DNA of 63,097 nt, the filler included, from Octopus bimaculoides (taxonomy: Eukaryota): assembly GCF_001194135.2 (NCBI RefSeq). It is 4 parts of 4 records of this genome, joined end to end, with 100 filler letters (N's around TTAATTAATTAA, not from the genome) between each part and the next. Parts side by side here need not be neighbours in the genome. Positions count along the whole stretch, not along the records: positions 1 to 28,923 come from NC_068990.1; 3 more parts are not named here. One strand, written 5' to 3'. The translations under genes were made by a program, and so were the position numbers. The notes beneath the pieces were generated by a model. It did not search any database, was not told where the DNA came from, and saw only the letters and a program-made list of their open reading frames with translations. This document shows, piece by piece, positions 12,591 through 25,319 of the stretch (its first letter is position 1; the number at the start of each line of letters is the position of its first letter).

Positions 12591-14179
12591 TGTTTCCACG
12601 CAGTGGACGTGAACCCAGAACCAATTGGTTGGGAAGCAAGCTTCTTACCACACAGCCACACCTGCGCCATATATATAGTTCTGATCTACTTATCACCCAC
12701 ACTGCATTACTTCAGTATTATAACTCTGACTCCCTCATGTTCAACAATCTAGCTCCTGTGTTTCAGATTTTCTGTTTTGATTTTTTCGCCATCATATATT
12801 TACCTTGAATTGGAAAATCCGGCAGAATTTACTCCCATCATTTCATTTAATTGACAACCAAAATGTGTATTCTTTGACATAGAACTCTTTTAGTCTAGTT
12901 GAACTTTAGCCTTATTAACTTTTGAAATCATTGATTGCTTTCTTGCAGCTCTTTTTTTTATATATATTGAAGGTCTTTCAGTACTGTGAAAGATTTTATC
13001 ACAACTATACAAATGTCACTATGGAGACATTCATATAATTTAGAATCATTCTGACATTCTGACAGTTGCACATAAATGCTTAACTCTTTAGCATTCAGAT
13101 TATTCTGTCCAGTGCAATGCTTATTTATTGACATTGTTTTGAATTAATCATGGATTAACTCATAGCCTTCAGATTTTGATATAGTGTTTCTGTGTGTGTC
13201 TTTGTGTCAGTGTTTGTCTCCTACCATTGCTTGACAACCATGTTGGTGTGTTTTTGGAGCCATAACTTAGAAGTTCAGTGTCAGAGGCTACGACTGGTTG
13301 ACCTGAACGTAAAAGAGGTTGAATATTTGGGCTGGATATGGTCTGTCTAAATGTTATTGGGTTAATAACTTCTTTCTCAACCCCTTCGATACTGCCCCAC
13401 CTCAGACTGATTCTGGTACTATGAAACAAATTAAATGTTTTAAATCTGATTTAAATAAAAACTTTCCATCAAAATTTCATTTTTCATATTATATCCCAAA
13501 CACCAGCTTAAATAAAGATTTCAAACTTTGGCACAAGGCCAGCAATTTTATGGAAGAGGGTAAGTCAATTACAGCAGCTCCTTTGTTCACTGGTATCTTT
13601 TTTATCAATCCTGAAAGAACGAAAGGCAAAGTTGACCTCAGCAGAATTGAAAGGTAAAAACCTAGAAGAAATGCCACTGAACATTTTGTGTATATGTATA
13701 TATATATATATATATATATAAGTCAGTAAATAGTGGGGTTGTGTTAACCGCACGTGGAGAAATAATAGGAAAATGAAAAAAAGCCAGAATGCTGAACTGG
13801 AATGCAGACTACTAACCCCAAGATTCCGAGTTCGATTCCAAGCAGTGACCTGAATAATAATAATAATAATGCCCAGATGTAGTACCCTTTTTTTAAACCT
13901 AACAAAACTCTCAACTCTCATGCATCCTTATTTTTCCTACCAGTTTATACATGAACTACTATTGAACTACAAAAGCTCAAAGACAATATAATGTATGGGT
14001 ATATTTATTTTTTTATATATTATTGTCTTATATATTATTNNNNNNNNNNTTTTTCGCAATGAAAACCGGTTAGAAAAAATCTTTATTAAAATATGCTTCC
14101 AGTTCAGCATTCTGGCTTTTTTTCATTTTCCTATATATATATATATAGAGAGAGAGAGATAGATAGATATATATATATA

Positions 14180-14530
14180 GGTGCAGGAGTGGTTGTGTGG
14201 TAAGTAGCTTACTTACCAACTACATGGTTCCGGGTTCAGTCCCACTGAGTAGCACCTTGGGCAAGTGTCTTCTACTAAAGTCTCAGGCCAACCATAGCCA
14301 TATGTGTGTGTGTGTGTGTATGTGTGTTTGTATGTCTGTGTTTGTTCCCCCACCATTGCTTGACAACTGATGTTGGTGTGTTTATGTCCCTGTAACTTAG
14401 CAGTTCAGCAAAGGAGACCGATGGAATTGGGGCTGGGCTTGCAAAGAGTGAGTCCTGGGGTCGATTTGTTCGATTGAAGGCAGTGCTCCAGCGTGTTCAC
14501 ACTCAGATGACTGAAATAAAAGAAAAAAAT
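14180..14530 (+). mobile_element. SINE family A, full-length
   Basis: GGTGCAGGAGTGGTTGTGTGGTAAG head through to the A-rich tail. Confidence 0.88.
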
Positions 14531-16118
14531 AAGAAAAGAAATACATACATACATATATATTACAAACATATAAGAGGGATGACCACTAAGTGGACATCCA
14601 TTATGCTAGAAGTAGACCCCCTATGGTCTTACCACTAAGGAAAGATTCTCAAAAAAATTCAGCAAAGGCCAGGACGTAAGCGAGCAAGACAAATGAAAAG
14701 ATACAAAATATAAAGATTAATCACAAACCTGGTTTCATTGTTACCACTTACGTAATTCTTACGTAAATGTCTGCAATTCATCAGTGTGATCGTCAGAGTA
14801 AAATATAATTTGCAGAACTATACACGAGACATCCGCATGAGATTGAACAGGCATCTAGTTCTACCAATTACATTTGGGGTTATATTTCAAAAGTCTTCGT
14901 TTTGGCACGCCAAAATACCAGAAATAATTCCGCAGAAAATAATTCTCCGCAGTGAATTTTGCCGGTTTTAGAACATGGTTATTTAAATTTAAAATAATAA
15001 GGGTGAAAAATTGAATATTAATTTGATTAATATCAATTTAAAACCAGTGGCCTAGCATATTGAAAAATCTGAAGATTCAGGAAAATTATATTACATACAT
15101 ATAAGAGGGATGACCACTAAGTGGACATCTATTNNNNNNNNNNNNNNNNNNNNNNNNNNNNNNNNNNNNNNNNNNNNNNNNNNNNNNNNNNNNNNNNNNN
15201 NNNNNNNNNNNNNNNNNNNNNNNNNNNNNNNNNNNNNNNNNNNNNNNNNNNNNNNNNNNNNNNNNNNNNNNNNNNNNNNNNNNNNNNNNNNNNNNNNNNN
15301 NNNNNNNNNNNNNNNNNNNNNNNNNNNNNNNNNNNNNNNNNNNNNNNNNNNNNNNNNNNNNNNNNNNNNNNNNNNNNNNNNNNNNNNNNNNNNNNNNNNN
15401 NNNNNNNNNNNNNNNNNNNNNNNNNNNNNNNNNNNNNNNNNNNNNNNNNNNNNNNNNNNNNNNNNNNNNNNNNNNNNNNNNNNNNNNNNNNNNNNNNNNN
15501 NNNNNNNNNNNNNNNNNNNNNNNNNNNNNNNNNNNNNNNNNNNNNNNNNNNNNNNNNNNNNNNNNNNNNNNNNNNNNNNNNNNNNNNNNNNNNNNNNNNN
15601 NNNNNNNNNNNNNNNNNNNNNNNNNNNNNNNNNNNNNNNNNNNNNNNNNNNNNNNNNNNNNNNNNNNNNNNNNNNNNNNNNNNNNNNNNNNNNNNNNNNN
15701 NNNNNNNNNNNNNNNNNNNNNNNNNNNNNNNNNNNNNNNNNNNNNNNNNNNNNNNNNNNNNNNNNNNNNNNNNNNNNNNNNNNNNNNNNNNNNNNNNNNN
15801 NNNNNNNNNNNNNNNNNNNNNNNNNNNNNNNNNNNNNNNNNNNNNNNNNNNNNNNNNNNNNNNNNNNNNNNNNNNNNNNNNNNNNNNNNNNNNNNNNNNN
15901 NNNNNNNNNNNNNNNNNNNNNNNNNNNNNNNNNNNNNNNNNNNNNNNNNNNNNNNNNNNNNNNNNNNNNNNNNNNNNNNNNNNNNNNNNNNNNNNNNNNN
16001 NNNNNNNNNNNNNNNNNNNNNNNNNNNNNNNNNNNNNNNNNNNNNNNNNNNNNNNNNNNNNNNNNNNNNNNNNNNNNNNNNNNNNNNNNNNNNNNNNNNN
16101 NNNNNNNNNNNNNNNNNN

Positions 16119-16398
16119 CCTAAAGCTCCACGAGGCTCCGGCAGGGGATGGTGGCAAACCCTGCTGTACTCTTCCACCACAACTTTCTCTCTCTTTCTTC
16201 CTGTTTCTGTTGTACCTGTATTTCAAAGGGCCAGCCTTGTCACACTCTGTGTCATGCTGAATATCCCCGAAAACTATGTTAAGGGTACACGTGTCTGTGG
16301 AGTGCTCAGCCACTTGCACGTTAATTTCACGAGCAGGCTGTTCCGTTGATCGGATCAATTGGAACCCTCAACGTCGTAAGCGACGGAGTGCCAACAAC
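16119..16398 (+). mobile_element. SINE family C; head in gap
   Basis: Matches 11682-12063. Confidence 0.85.
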
Positions 16399-16782
16399 TG
16401 GACTGCAGCCATGCTGGGGCACAATTTTAAAGAGTTTTAATCAAATGGATCAACATTGGTACTTAGTTTTTTAAAAGTCTGGATTTCTTCTATGGTACTC
16501 CTTCACTGAACTGCTAAGTTAGGGAGATGTAAACAAACCAACATCAGTTGGTAAGCGGTGTGGAGGCAAACACTAACATTCATACACCCAAACATATAGA
16601 GGCTTAACTAGAGAAGTGTGTCCTCCACTTCACTTTGTTTCCTCATAAATTTCTGGGAAATGAAAATTGTTTTTAATGAAATTGTTTGCAGCTATGTCCC
16701 AGATGGTGTAATTATGCTACAGATACACATATATACACATACATAAATACATGTATATATACATTCGCATATACATATATAT

Positions 16783-16816
<34 letters not shown>

Positions 16817-17024
16817 NNNNNNNNNNNNNNNNNNNNNNNNNNNNNNNNNNNNNNNNNNNNNNNNNNNNNNNNNNNNNNNNNNNNNNNNNNNNNNNNNNNN
16901 NNNNNNNNNNNNNNNNCAAAATGAAAAACAGAACATAAACAGAGCACAGAAAACAAACAGGCCACTAAGATCCTCAAAGTCTAATACGAAATCCATCTCC
17001 GACTATTAATTAATACTGTTCTCT

Positions 17025-17230
17025 ACTCTAGGTACAAGGCCCAAAATTTTGGGGGAGGGGGCCAGTCGATTAAATGAACCCTCAGTATGCAACTGGTACT
17101 TAATTTATCGACCCTCAAAGGATGAAAGGCAAAGTCGACCTCGGTGGAATTTGAACTCAGAATGTAAAGACAGACAAAATACCGCGAAGCATTTCGCCCG
17201 GCGTGCTAACATTTCTGCCAGCTCACCACC
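17025..17230 (-). mobile_element. SINE family B (Nin-like)
   Basis: Reverse complement of the 1921-2130 motifs. Confidence 0.8.
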
Positions 17231-17744
17231 TTACTATTAATTAATACTATTTCCCTAACTATCACTGGGGAGTTCCTGAAGTAGATCCAACGGAAGTGTA
17301 CCACAACTACGGATGACAACAGGTAGCCTAGACTGTGCCGGTGCTCTACGCAACATTTAAACACACTAATCGAATTATACGTATTTGTACAAATTATTTA
17401 TTACCTCCATGGCGGAAGTAAAGAATACAGACACCACCCGTTTTCGGCGTAACAAAAACCCTAACCTTAACCCTAAACACGTACGAGTGTACGTACTCTT
17501 TACATTCGCCAAAAACTGGTATGCATATGTATTTATATATGTACGTGTATATGAAAGATAATAGGTGTACGTGTGTGTGTGTGTGTGCGCGAGTAAACTG
17601 ACTACAAATAGAGCTGAACGCGGTTCGCGCGCACATCTCGACTGCTCTCACAAATGAGAATACTAAAAATGAACTCGTTCGATCTCAAAAATTAAGTAAA
17701 AAACGAAGAAAAGAAAAAAAAAAAAAACGAAAAGTAATCCAGAA

Positions 17745-17912
17745 TCCTTGTCCGGCGCCGGATCGATCCCAAAATCTAATCAGTTCTGCCAGTCACGAGG
17801 CTTAAACATCCCTGAAAGTTTCATCCGAATCCATTTGCGGTTTGAGATATCTTGTCCACGGACAAACAAACGTGACCGAAAACAATACCTCTGACTTCAA
17901 AGGCGGACGTAA
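17745..17912 (-). mobile_element. Helentron/HINE-like fragment
   Basis: Reverse complement of the 1020-1130 and 54775-54930 family. Confidence 0.6.
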
Positions 17913-18745
17913 TAAAAAGTTTTTAAGAAAACTAATGAACAACCATATGATAGAGTTTGACATTTCTGCGTGTCAAATAGGAAGAATGTCGGAGAGACAT
18001 CTGGAAATTATAAGGTAACAAATTTGGGGAACACACACAGGTGTAGATACACCTTAGTTAAATAGCGATATATATATCAAAGTAATTGCAAACTATCAAC
18101 TCACCTCGAAAAGAAAACAAAAATATTCGAATAGCGATGCATGTATGTCAATTTCGACTAGAATTTATTTTAGAAATGTAAACAAATAAAAATGCAATGA
18201 CTAAATAATGACATGAACTTGCAATGGTACATTTAGAAATGGAATAACAAATAATTCGTTAAATAAAGCCTCAATTCTTCCATATCAACATTTATCACAC
18301 ACGATAGTAACTCGCTCACATGCGCTTTAATAATTAAGTTTGTAGGTGAACAAACGACAATCAGACACATACTGGAAAAAAAAAAGTTGTAAAAATACTT
18401 TGGCATAATAAACAATAACGTCTGAAATTAATTTCTGAAAAAATTATAAAATACAATATTGATTTAAAATGAATGTATTTCTTTCTTAAATTAAAAGATT
18501 AAATCATGTTGAACAAAACAGGAAAGAAAATAGTTGGGCTTTCTTTGGCGATATAGCGGTATGTCAGAGCTATTTACATCTGTATTTAAACTTATATTGG
18601 AAATGATTTTTTTTAGATTCCTAAATGTCTATGATTTGAGGTATCTATGACATATGTGGAATTGAAATGAAAGTCATTCATTTAAAGACATCCGTAAATA
18701 ACATGAACACATTTGTTTTAAATAACGCGGAAATGGAAGTTTATA

Positions 18746-19871
18746 TTACGTGTGTGTTTCTGTATTACAGTTGTTGTTTTTGATTTCCTCGTAAATAAGA
18801 CCTAACCATTCCATTTGGTTCAATTCAATATCGGAATATCTGTCACAAAAATTTGGTGCATGCTTATAGTCAGTCTGTTGGAAATGGTCCTCAAAGAAAC
18901 GATGTTTCATTGCCTCATCCACAGAGATTCGGTTATCTACATCTAAATTAAATATTTGGTCCAAAAGACTAAGTGTGTCTTCATCTGTGGTATTAAAAAA
19001 GGTTGAGAAATCTTGTTTTACAAAAGTTCCGAATTGTTTAATCCTATCTATAGCATCTTCACTGGTAAATTTCTTTAGCATTTCATAATCCGGTGTTCCG
19101 ACTAGACATAATATCTGCTTTACCTGATCGTTGAAATTTTGCCCTCGTATCACAGCTCGTTTTGTTAACATTTCACCCAGGATACAACCCACAGACCACA
19201 CATCTGCTGTTTGATTGTATTTTTCCCAGTTCAGGATTATTTCTGGTGCTCGGTACCNNNNNNNNNNNNNNNNNNNNNNNNNNNNNNNNNNNNNNNNNNN
19301 NNNNNNNNNNNNNNNNNNNNNNNNNNNNNNNNNNNNNNNNNNNNNNNNNNNNNNNNNNNNNGCCAAAATCCATAATTTTGATGCAATTATCAGCAGTAAC
19401 ACCGATGTTGCTGGGTTTTAAGTCACGGTGGATGACCCCAGCTGAATGAATATAATAAAGTCCGCAGAATATTTGGTAGACCAGGGACTTGATAAGGGCT
19501 AACCCCATCTCCTCGCTTTTCAACATCGTTTTCAGATCTTTCGGATAGAATGTGGAAACAAGGTAGAGATTATCCAAATCATTTTTACATATTGCTGTTG
19601 TAAATATATCGACCAGATCGATCACATTTTTGTGTTTCATGTGCTTTAGCAAACATACTTCGCGGTATGTACGTTTTGTTGCAGTTAACGAAGAGAAAGG
19701 CCGATACAGTTGCTTAATGGCCACCTTCGAGTCAGTAAGTTTGTTATGAGCAACTGACACGTTACTGTAACTGCCTCCTCCTATATATTCCAAACAACTG
19801 TAATAGTCTGGGTGAATCCATTTAATACCGAATTCTTCAGTGAGTTGGAAGCACGATGGGATAATGGCCAT
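18746..19871 (-). CDS. MAPK14-like (p38): Divergent p38-family MAP kinase, apparently intronless; activation loop hidden in N gap 19258-19361
   Basis: Motifs GGGSYSNV, VAIK, RPF..KRTYRE, HRDLKPSN, DFG | WYRAPE, LNW, DVWSVGC. ATG at 19871 puts F8, W18 and G170 at human p38-alpha numbering. TAA stop at 18746-18748. The two halves are in different frames only across the gap. Confidence 0.92.
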
Positions 19872-20457
19872 CGTATATGTTTCTCTCTTTCGCGCACCTT
19901 TATAATTAGTTGTTGACACTAATAAAGTACTGGGCGAAGTGCTTAAATTAGTCCAACTGTCAGAGTAGTTACTACAAGCAGTGACGTAACGATAAATCAT
20001 TCTGGCCGAGAAGATAACATGAGAAATGGTATTTCCCCAAACTATGAGAAAACCCTGAGCATTAAAGAAATTACGTAATTTAAGAAGAAACTTGTAGGTC
20101 ACCATTAAATACACAAAGGAAAATTGTCGACCTGCTTATATGACGCATAATTCCAGATTTGATTTAAAATACAACAGACGTAACGCATGACTACATAGTA
20201 AGCAGTATATCACAACAAACATTCGCTTGTTTTAGGTGCGTATGTAGTAGGCGTTAGACGCCCTCTCGGTCCTCACATCTTCACATATGCAGGAATGGGA
20301 CCCTCTATTGTGTTCATCCACTCAACAACCAAATTACTAGGCAACGTACTTTCTCACGAATTCTATTAAAATATAAATATTTCACGACAAAGGAAACCTA
20401 TTATAAACACTCACTCAGGTTAATTTTTACTGTTACACCTGTCATCAAACTCTGATC

Positions 20458-21118
20458 GGCATACCTACGCAATTGTGCCCCACTCTGCTTCAACTTTGTT
20501 TCTTCATAAATTCCTGAAAAATGGATATTTACTAACGAAATTTCCTACAAATACCCTTCAGATGATGCTAATTCTGATTATATTGGAATTTGTGTTGGTG
20601 GAGCTTCAGAAGATGAGTCGACTTCGTTTTGTCAACTTTCAAAGAAGCCGGTAATTTTTGATGAAAATTTTTACGAATACCTTTCAGAATGTGTAGTTTA
20701 CGATTATATCGGAATTAAATATATATATATAAAAAAAAAAAAAGTGGCAGGCTTGTACACATATATAACGACACATATTAAATATGTCTACAAAATGAAA
20801 CTTAAAATTTCGAAAAAAAATATTGTGATGCATCAATATGTATGTGTACGAGTGCACCAGTTTCTTTTTCACATTAAATTCTTATATAGTTGTAACTGAC
20901 ACACTCTGAAAAGTATATGTAGAAAATGTCATTAAAAAATTACCCATTTTTCTGAAACATATGAGGCAACAAAACAATTTTCACACTAAATACCGATATA
21001 ATCGCAGTCTTCCCCCATCTGAAACGTATTTGTAGAAAATTTCATTAAAAAAAAATATTCATTTTCCTAGAAGTAGTGAGGAAACAAAAGTGGCGGGGCG
21101 CAATTGTATAGGTATGCC
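20458..21118. mobile_element. Foldback MITE with long imperfect TIRs (Merlin-like)
   Basis: Termini GGCATACC...GGTATGCC; 8-bp TSD CTCTGATC/CTCTGGTC (20450-20457, 21119-21126); motif GAAATTTTCTACAAATAC.TTTCAGA twice direct on the left and twice inverted on the right. Confidence 0.8.
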
Positions 21119-22949
21119 CTCTGGTCGACGGACTTTGGGAACTGCTATCCCTACTTTAAGGAGAAGAAAAAAAGGGTAAGAAATTAGGTGGTTGTTCCCC
21201 TCTCTGAAAGAATTTTTTTTTTTTTTTACATTTAGGTCTCACCCACCCCGAATTCCGTGCTCTTTTTCGGTTAGTTCTTACGATTTCTACTACATCCATC
21301 TCATATGACAAGTGTAATAGAAAACAAAAATACCATCATTTATTTATTTTGACACTAGCTCTGAATTCATACCACGAACTTTTGTTATTTTTCTTTTCTA
21401 AATTCTGTTGGCATAATGCGCAGAAGCATGGCTGTGTGGTAAGAAATCTGTTTTACAACCACATGGCTCCGGGTTCGGTCCCACCAGTAGGTACCTTTGC
21501 AAATCTTCTTCTATAGCCCCGGACCGACCAAACCAAACATGCGCTTATGCAGCTTTTGGGCTTTCACTCCTATTTCCAGTAATATAGGTGCGATTCAGCC
21601 CCCTCAGGCACAATTAGTGACTATTAAATTTTTCCTTTATGAATTTATATTGCGCTTAGCTGCTTATATTAATTTTTAATATTCACATGCATTTCGCTAA
21701 ATCAGCCATAAATTTTAAATGGTAAATATAAAGACTGACAGTGGTTTTAGAACACATACAACCTTTTTGCAATTGTCTGTCCTGTTATGTCCATTTTCTA
21801 TGTATAATCGTATGATTGTAATAAAGATTCACATCCGAGCAATGGAATAAACACTGCTGAGGAGCCTGCGATTAACAAACGAAACTAATCCAGTTTCCAT
21901 CTTTGCACATGGGGCAGTTATCTCCCCCTGTTAGTGTATATAAATGTGCGTTTATGTAGTTGGAAGGGTTTTGACTCTTATTTCTAGCAATAAAGACGTG
22001 ATTCAGCACTCTCAGTCAGAATTAGTAATGGTTAAATTTCTCCTACACGCACACACACATATAAACAGGGAGACATATATTTACGTTTTTTTCCCAAAAA
22101 CCGCTTGAAAACCAGTGCCACCCGTAATTTAGTGGTTTGGCAAAGAGCTTCCGATAGAATAAGCGCCAAACTTCAGAGAAAAGAAAAACAAACAATTACC
22201 GAAGTCGATTTGTTCGGTGAAACCCTTCGACGCGGTGCTCCAGTATGACCGCAATCCAATGAGTGATACTAGTAAATTTTGATAAAAAAATAAAGCAACA
22301 TTGAAATTGGGATTCACACCTACTGCGTAGCAACTTCAGCAAGTGTCTTTTTCTACGGTCCCGGGCCGAACAAATCTTTGTAAATCGGTTTGGATGAATA
22401 ACTAAAAGGAACACATCTTACACACACACTTATATTCTTTTATTCATTTATACGTTTCAGCCCTAAGGTTATGGCCATGCTGGAGCTCCACCAGTGTGTG
22501 TGTGTGTGTGTATATTTGCGTGTTTGTTTGTCCGCCACCACCGCTTGACAACCAGTGCTGGTCTGTTTACGTTACCTGTAACTTAGCGGTTCGACAAAGA
22601 GCTCCGATAGAATAAGCACCAAACTTAAGAGAAAAGAAAATACGAAAAAAAAAAAACATTTATCGGAGTTGCTTCTTTCGGTTAAAACCCTTCAAGGTGG
22701 CGCTTCAGCATGGCCGCAATCCAATGAAACTGAAATATGGTGCCTGTATCCATAGTAACAAGCAAAGTTGTAGTCTGTTTAAACTAATGTACAGGGTTTG
22801 TGGGGTGGTAAATTTTCGTAAATAAAGTACGTTGAGGATTTTAAAAAAATTATTTATGCACCTTTCCGGCCATTTCACAAGATTTTATTCATAAAAATAT
22901 CAAAACTTATTACAACTTTCGAGGTCGTAATGTTTCGCTTTCATAAGGG

Positions 22950-23160
22950 GGTTAGCTGCCAGAAAAGTTAGTACGCCGGGCGAAGTGCTTAGCAGTATTT
23001 CGTCTGTCTTTACGTTCTGAGTTCAAATTCCACCGAGGTCGACTTTGCCTTTCATCTTTTCGGGGGTCGATAAATTAAGTACCAGTTACTTACTGGGTTC
23101 GATCTAATCGACTGGCCCCCGTCCCCACAAAATTTCGAGCCTTGTGCCTTGAGCAGAAAA
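22950..23160 (+). mobile_element. SINE family B (Nin-like)
   Basis: Complete motif set; absent from the paralogous unit at about 27575. Confidence 0.85.
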
Positions 23161-23714
23161 GAATGTTTCGTTTTAAATTTCGTTAATTCTTCGTCGTCGT
23201 AATATTTTTGCTTTATATTAGTGAAACAGCTATCACGCAGAAAATGCTAGCTTCTAAATCTTGTTTCGTGAGTGGGTAAAATTGATCAAACTTTAAAACC
23301 TCTGTAACATTTTCGCCTTCACAACTTTGCCTCTGCCTTCTTTTCTTGTAACTTCCAGAACTTTTTTTTCTTTCTATTCTTGAGCTCTAAAACTCATAAG
23401 GCTTGTTTTCCTTCCTTTTAAAATTAAAATCTGTGACAGAAAAGACCCGTACGTACTTCCGTTCAGCAACGTGCTACTGATGTTGTCAGTTCTCCGATGT
23501 GACAAGCAAGAGTGGGCATGTCAAACTTTTGTGCATTTTGTTAGTATTTCCACCATTCGTTATCTATTTATATATTTTGCTGGAAATTCCAGTTTTTACC
23601 ATATTTCGTCATGTTTCTCCATTTCATCATTTTCTTTTGAGGAGCGCTATAAGCAGTATCGACAATTTAAAAAAAAATGTTTTTCCTTTTATTTTATATA
23701 TAGACTGGCTTGAC

Positions 23715-24469
23715 CAGGGCTGGTCAACCTGAGGCCCGTGGGCCCGCAATCTTTTATCTTGCGTCCCGACTGATACTTTCTTGAAATGGGTTTATTTTAC
23801 TCTTTTACGTGTTTCAGTCATTTGACTGTGGCCATGCTGGAGCACCGCCTTTTGTCGAGCACATCGACCCCAGGACTTATTCTCTGTAAGCCTAGTACTT
23901 ATTCTATCAGTCTCTTTTGCTGAACCGCTAAGTTACGGGGACATAAACACACCAGCATCGGTTGTCAAGCAATGTTAGGGGGACAAACACAGGCACACAA
24001 ACATACACACACACACACACAAACATACACACACACACACACACACATATATGTATATATACATACATATATACGACGAGCTTCTTTCAGTTTCCGTCTA
24101 CCAAATCCACTCACAAGGCATTGGTCGGCTCGAGGCTATAGTAGAATACTCTTACCCAAGGTGCCACGCAGTGGGACTGAACTCGGAACCATGTGGTTGT
24201 TAAGCAAGCTACTTACCACACAGCCACTCCTAAGCAAACATTTTAAAAATTTCATTACAAATTAAAGGTGGTAATAAAAAATAAAAAAAGAAAGATACTA
24301 CTGTTTTTGCAACGATAATATTTCATGTTAAATCAACGATCATTCATTCATTATTGTAGTAATAGCATGAGAAAGCAAAAGCTTTCGATTCTGTCAGTAT
24401 ACAAGTGGCCCTCAAAAAACTATAAGTGATAAAAGTGGCCAGCAATGTAATTCGAGTTGGCCAGGTCTG
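23715..24469. mobile_element. hAT-type MITE with perfect 8-bp TSD and a nested family A SINE (about 23800-24232)
   Basis: TIRs CAGGGCTGGTCAAC / GTTGGCCAGGTCTG; TSD GGCTTGAC at 23707-23714 and 24470-24477. Confidence 0.88.
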
Positions 24470-25319
24470 GGCTTGACTCAATAGAAAAGGTGTAAAACCA
24501 AGCTTGCTTTAATTAAATAAGCTCCTCTTTTTAATGAATAACTAATCATATATTGTCATCTAATACATTTCTCACTTCGCCTTCACAACTGTGCCTCTGC
24601 TTCTAGAATTTTTCTTTTTTTTTCTCTATTTACTTTTTTACTCCCTTGTTTTAGCGATTGACTGCGGCCATGCCGGAGCATCTGCCGTAAAGAGCTTTAA
24701 ATTAGTGAAACAGTTATCATGCAGAAAATACTAGCTTCTAAATCCCGTTTTGTGAGTGGATAAAAACGAGCAAACTTTAAACCTCTGTAACATTGTTCTA
24801 AAATATTTTTCCGTCATTCATTGTTCGTTTACGTATTTCACTGGAAATTCCAGTTTTCACCATGTTAAATCATGTTTCTTCGTTTCAGCTTTTTTTTTCT
24901 TAGTGGAGCACTATAAGTAGTATCGCACAATTAATTTTTTTTTTGTTTTTGTTTGTTTCACACTGTCTTGACTCATTCAAAAAGATGTAAAACCAGGCTT
25001 GCTTTAATTAAACACGCACCTCTTTTTTAATGAATAACATAATCTTATATTATCATCTAATACTTAGTATTGCTGTCTCTGTTCGCCTTCACAACTTTGC
25101 CTCTGCCTTCTTTTCTTGTAACTTCCAGAACTTTTTTTTTCTATTCTTAAGCTCTAAAACTCATAAGGCTTATTTCCTAGTTTCAATGACGCAAAAGTGA
25201 CCGAAATCACAACACGAAAATGGTTGCCAGTCCGTTGAAGGCCAGTAATTTTGAGGGAAGGGGGACAAGTCGATTTCATCGACACCAGTGCTAACTACTA
25301 CTTTAGGGTGTGTTCTGTT

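Noticed and set aside
20510-20900. Plus-strand open frame with TACTAAC branch-like site, AG/GT signals and ITIM-like YxxI motifs
   Set aside because: It lies wholly inside the 20458-21118 MITE, and the signals are its repeated subterminal motif.
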